A DNA stretch of 64,000 nucleotides from a cyanobacterium endosymbiont of Rhopalodia gibba (GTDB taxonomy: Bacteria; Cyanobacteriota; Cyanobacteriia; Cyanobacteriales; Microcystaceae). Under the pieces are notes generated by a model that was not told the origin of the DNA, ran no database searches, and saw only the letters and a program-made list of their open reading frames with translations. The stretch covers positions 2,656,001 to 2,720,000 of the forward strand of contig CP067995.1 in assembly GCA_045159875.1 (NCBI GenBank), read 5' to 3'. This document shows positions 59,792 to 64,000 of this stretch, piece by piece (positions within the stretch are counted from its first letter, which is position 1; each line of letters opens with the position of its first letter). The translations under genes were made by a program, and so were the position numbers.

Positions 59792-59847
59792 CTTCCTAGA
59801 AACAGTTAAGACTAAGACTTAGCTTAGTCTTAACTGTTTCTAGGAAG
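59792..59847. repeat. Perfect 25-bp inverted repeat with 6-nt spacer just downstream of aat
   Basis: CTTCCTAGAAACAGTTAAGACTAAG-ACTTAG-CTTAGTCTTAACTGTTTCTAGGAAG. Confidence 0.92.
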
Positions 59848-61934
59848 AATGGGGTAAAAATCTAGTTTTATTTACTTAATTATCACAAATCAGATATTTC
59901 CTCATTTACGTGCAGTCAAGCCTTTGAATCCAAAGTTTTTTTCTGAATAAATAGAGTTAATATCTATTGATAGGTAACAGATGACCTAACAATAGATATT
60001 AATATCATAATAGATATATCCGTTAATACTTTTAGTTCAAGCCACATAGTTACCTAAAAAAATACGGGTATTTACATTACAATTTTCTATCGCTCAATCT
60101 GTTTACTTCAATCTTAAATAAAGTCCTTATTTAGGACACTTATCTTTTTTTAAAAACAATTTTATAAAAACTAATTTCTGGGACTACTTGATAAATCTTA
60201 ACTAAACTCCGTGAGTGATTAATATAATAATTGTTTTTATCAGTTATTATATTGATTGTTTAAGCTGTGCCGTTTTATTCTAATTTTTTAGTACGTAGTT
60301 TAACATAAGAACGTGGTATTGTTATTTTTTGCAGTAAGAAAAAATTACTTTAAAAGTTTTATCTATTCTCTCATTCTTTGTGAATCTAAAATCGAAATAT
60401 TGGAAAACCATGTATTTACTTATATATAACATATGTAGTCTTTAAAGGTTGTTTTAACAACATAATTGAACATAGTATTAATTATGATATTTTTATTGTT
60501 TAAAATAAGTAAATTTAAATATCATTAATTATTATGTATTATTTTAAGAAATAAATTAGCTAACATAACTAGAAAAACAAAAACTATTAAAGTTAACTTT
60601 AGATCCAAAAAATATCTGCAGAACGAAAGCAAAAATATTTTATTAAAATACAAAAAAATAGAAAGTTTAAAAACTGATCTATTGGGTAGAACTATGACAA
60701 AAATAATTTATATATAGATTTTTTGAAAAGTAGAAATAAAATAGTAGTGTAAAATTATTTATGATAATTAATAGTTATTTGAGTTTTTTTTAGAAACCCC
60801 TAAAAATTGATTTTTGGACTAATTTATAAAATTTTTAAAAGAGAATATAAAAATAAAAAAAGTAAAGATAAAAATTACTTTATTTTTTTAAAAAAAGTCA
60901 ACTAGGTAGATCATAAAATGCTATTTTATTCACTAAATAATAGTATTTTAATTTTGAAAAAATAAATTAAATAGATTTAAGAGTATAAAGTTTAGTGAAT
61001 TTTTTTGATTTAAAAATTAAAGAATAAAAGATAATTTTATTAAGTAAAAAAGTTTTTTACAGCCAATTTAGATAAAAATGCAGATAAAGTGGATAAATAC
61101 GGCAAATATAAGAAAATAGACATGAGAATTATCATCGATACTGACACAGTATATATAAGTGGTTTAATTTAAGCTAAACTGAAACAATTTTTAAAAAAAA
61201 CATAATTATTTTTTTCTAAAAAAATTAGAAAATTAAATACAATCAAAGAAAATCTACATTAGATAAAAGTTCATAAAATTATGGAAAAATATTTATCAAT
61301 AAACCCAGTTCACCTAAAAAAAACAAAAAAAACTTACTCCAAAAAGTCACTCTAAAAAGAGTAGATTGAAATAGTATAAATCTATAAAACAGCATGAGCT
61401 CAACTATAATTGCTCAAATATAGAAATATAAAATAATTTTACTTTATTTATAGGGGGCATTCGGAGCTACTTACTGAAAAAATAAAATTTGAAATGAGGA
61501 TAGATTTACTCTAAAATAGAATTACCGAAAACCTCTCTCACTTATATAACTTAGTATTAAGTATGAGTCAATAATATTCATATTAATAATTGTGCTTCTC
61601 ATGGAACTTTCTATTATTCCTCAAAATACCACTCTAGCAGTTGACAATAATAACGTGGCAAAAATATCTGGAATTTAACGTACGGGTTGTTATCCTAATG
61701 GAAATAATCTTATTAGACGAGGGATAATTTTAAAATTTAGAACTCTACAAACAAATAAATTAGACTCTGTAGAGGTGATTTTTAAATTAATTACCCACGG
61801 CAAATAATATGTCCGTATATTAATGATCACCTCAGTTACCACAAGATTAAAGCTGTTTCAACTTATGTAATTTAACAAACTAAAAACAACTGACTAAGAT
61901 AACGCTATTCTATTATCGTTAAGGAGTGATAACA

Positions 61935-64000
61935 ATGTCTGGTTCTAATACCATCCGCATCCGGGGTGCAAAACAACATAATCTAAAAAACATTGATTTA
62001 GATCTTCCTCGCGATCGCCTGATTGTTTTTACAGGGGTTTCAGGTTCGGGTAAGTCGTCTTTGGCCTTTGACACTATCTTTGCAGAGGGACAACGGCGTT
62101 ATGTGGAGTCTTTGAGCGCCTATGCGAGACAGTTTTTAGGGCAATTAGATAAGCCAGATGTAGATGCGATTAACGGGTTAAGTCCGGCTATTTCCATTGA
62201 TCAAAAGTCAACGTCCCATAACCCTCGCTCTACAGTAGGGACGGTCACAGAAATTTATGATTATCTACGGTTATTGTTTGGAAGAGCTGGAGAGCCCCAT
62301 TGTCCAGTGTGTAATCGCAGTATCGCACCACAAACCGTTGATCAAATGTGTGATCGTGTCATGGAACTTAAAGATCGCACGAAATTTCAACTTTTGTCCC
62401 CTGTGGTACGAGGAAAAAAAGGAACTCATAAAAAGTTATTGTATAGTTTAGCTTCTCAAGGATTTGTTCGAGTCCGGATTGATGGGAAAGTTCGTGAACT
62501 TTCTGATACTTTTGAATTAAAGAAAAATCACTATCATAACATTGAAATTGTCATAGATCGTCTCATAAAAAAAGAAGGAATTGAAGAACGGCTAACAGAT
62601 TCTTTAAGTACCTGTTTACATCAATCAAACGGACTAGCAATTATTGCTATTTTAGATTCAGATGATAATAATAACTGGGAGAAGGGAAAGCCTTCAGAAA
62701 TTATATTTTCTGAAAACTTTGCTTGTCCCGACCATGGGGCAGTTATCGAAGAATTATCTCCCCGTTTATTTTCTTTTAATTCTCCCTATGGTGCTTGTCC
62801 CAACTGCCATGGGTTAGGAAGTTTGCGTCAATTTTCCCCTGATTTAGTGATTCCTGACCCTTCAATTCCTTTGTATGCTGCGATCGCCCCTTGGTCAGAC
62901 AAAGATAATTCTTCCTATCTTTCTTTTTTCTATAGTGTGGGTCAAACCTACGGTTTTGATATTCAAACTCCTTGGAATAAATTAACTAAGGAGCAGCAAG
63001 AAATCCTACTTTATGGGACTAAAGAACCTATCTATTTTAAGAATGATTCTCGCGCTGACAATGATAAAGGTTGCTATCGTACTTTTAATGGTATTCTATC
63101 AATTTTAGAGCGGAATTATAAAGAAGCTAGTTCTGATATTTTTAAACAAAAATTAGAAAAATATTTGATTGATAAAACCTGTGAAGTTTGTCAAGGAAAA
63201 CGATTAAAACCTGAATCTTTATCTGTCCGGTTAGGTCAATATATGATTGATGAATTAACTAGCGTTTCTATTGATAAATGTTTAGAAAAAATTAATCAAT
63301 TGCAATTGACTCAAAGACAACAGTTAATTGGAGAACTAGCCTTAAAAGAAATCAAAAATCGTCTACAATTCCTCCTTGATGTGGGGTTAGATTATTTAAC
63401 CTTAGATCGAGGAACTAAGACCTTATCAGGGGGAGAAGCACAACGCATCCGTTTAGCCACCCAAATCGGCTCAGGATTAACAGGAGTGTTATACGTATTG
63501 GATGAACCTAGTATTGGCTTACACCAACGGGATAATGGACGTTTATTAAATACCCTCAAAAAACTACGAGATTTGGGGAATACTTTGATTGTTGTTGAAC
63601 ATGATGAAGAGACAATCCGCAGTGCAGACCATCTTGTTGATATTGGACCCCTTGCAGGAATTCATGGTGGACATATTGTCTGCCAGGGTGATTTTAAAAC
63701 ATTGATTCAAACCGATAAATCCCTAACAGCGGATTATATATCTGGGAGAAAAGTAATAAAAACTCCGGATAAACGTCGCTCTGGAAATGGAGCGTATTTA
63801 AAGCTAATTAGTTGCTGTAAAAATAATCTAAAAAATATTGACATTGAAATTCCTTTAGGTAAATTAGTTTGTATTACAGGAGTTTCAGGCTCAGGAAAAT
63901 CTACATTAGTTAATGGATTGTTATATCCCGCCCTACAACATCATTTAACTCGTCATGTTCCTTTTCCTAAAAAATTAGGTGGAATAAAGGGATTGGAGGC
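61935..64000 (+). CDS. uvrA: Excinuclease ABC subunit A (partial, runs off right edge)
   Basis: Own translation: MSGSNTIRIRGAKQHNLKNIDLDLPRDRLIVFTGVSGSGKSSLAFDTIFAEGQRRYVESLS...LSGGEAQRIRLATQIGSGLTGVLYVLDEPSIGLHQRD...second TGVSGSGKST. RBS-like AAGGAG upstream. Confidence 0.96.
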   Translation, partial: MSGSNTIRIRGAKQHNLKNIDLDLPRDRLIVFTGVSGSGKSSLAFDTIFAEGQRRYVESLSAYARQFLGQLDKPDVDAINGLSPAISIDQKSTSHNPRSTVGTVTEIYDYLRLLFGRAGEPHCPVCNRSIAPQTVDQMCDRVMELKDRTKFQLLSPVVRGKKGTHKKLLYSLASQGFVRVRIDGKVRELSDTFELKKNHYHNIEIVIDRLIKKEGIEERLTDSLSTCLHQSNGLAIIAILDSDDNNNWEKGKPSEIIFSENFACPDHGAVIEELSPRLFSFNSPYGACPNCHGLGSLRQFSPDLVIPDPSIPLYAAIAPWSDKDNSSYLSFFYSVGQTYGFDIQTPWNKLTKEQQEILLYGTKEPIYFKNDSRADNDKGCYRTFNGILSILERNYKEASSDIFKQKLEKYLIDKTCEVCQGKRLKPESLSVRLGQYMIDELTSVSIDKCLEKINQLQLTQRQQLIGELALKEIKNRLQFLLDVGLDYLTLDRGTKTLSGGEAQRIRLATQIGSGLTGVLYVLDEPSIGLHQRDNGRLLNTLKKLRDLGNTLIVVEHDEETIRSADHLVDIGPLAGIHGGHIVCQGDFKTLIQTDKSLTADYISGRKVIKTPDKRRSGNGAYLKLISCCKNNLKNIDIEIPLGKLVCITGVSGSGKSTLVNGLLYPALQHHLTRHVPFPKKLGGIKGLE

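Noticed and set aside
61380..61900. Possible WD40-repeat gene relic upstream of uvrA (KNIWNL-like fragment)
   Set aside because: Too degraded to support by eye; needs a frameshift-aware HMM search.
1339..62451. Short ORFs overlapping real genes (e.g. 1339, 11654, 18607, 22273, 25240, 34093, 36876, 42046, 45388, 49557, 50292, 51604, 51736, 54779, 56090, 56719, 57122, 57576, 58159, 62257)
   Set aside because: Antisense or alternate-frame shadows of well-supported genes, with no recognisable motifs.
1..64000. CRISPR array, prophage, rRNA, tmRNA near smpB, defence island
   Set aside because: No regularly spaced direct repeats, phage or defence genes, or rRNA/tmRNA signatures were seen.

Overview
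AT-rich DNA from a unicellular (Chroococcales-type, Cyanothece/Crocosphaera-like) cyanobacterium undergoing reductive evolution. Intact CDS cover only about half the window (about 31 of 64 kb summed by hand). They are separated by AT-rich deserts and pseudogenes at every stage of decay, which fits an obligate endosymbiont such as a rhopalodiacean diatom spheroid body (inference). Intact genes include sigB, gltX, a heptose/glycosyltransferase cluster (gmhA, gmhB), aguA, aguB, an LD-carboxypeptidase, a GtrB-like GT2, argG, smpB, glyS, msrB, asnS, ispF, trpD, sigD, dxr, an LCP protein, rpsN, aat and the 5' part of uvrA. Features missed by the ORF track are: a tRNA-Arg(CCU) split by a group I intron with an extra hairpin; an ORF-less IS200/IS605-like element that appears to carry a promoter and a large structured RNA; a mutY whose glycosylase half is destroyed while its fused NUDIX half survives as an open ORF; and pseudogenes of a NurA-family nuclease, GST, cdd, an alpha/beta hydrolase, a pentapeptide protein, a sulfotransferase and an IS630 transposase. 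HIP1 octamers are eroded almost specifically at the methylatable cytosine, and there are several long perfect palindromes. No CRISPR array, prophage or rRNA was seen.
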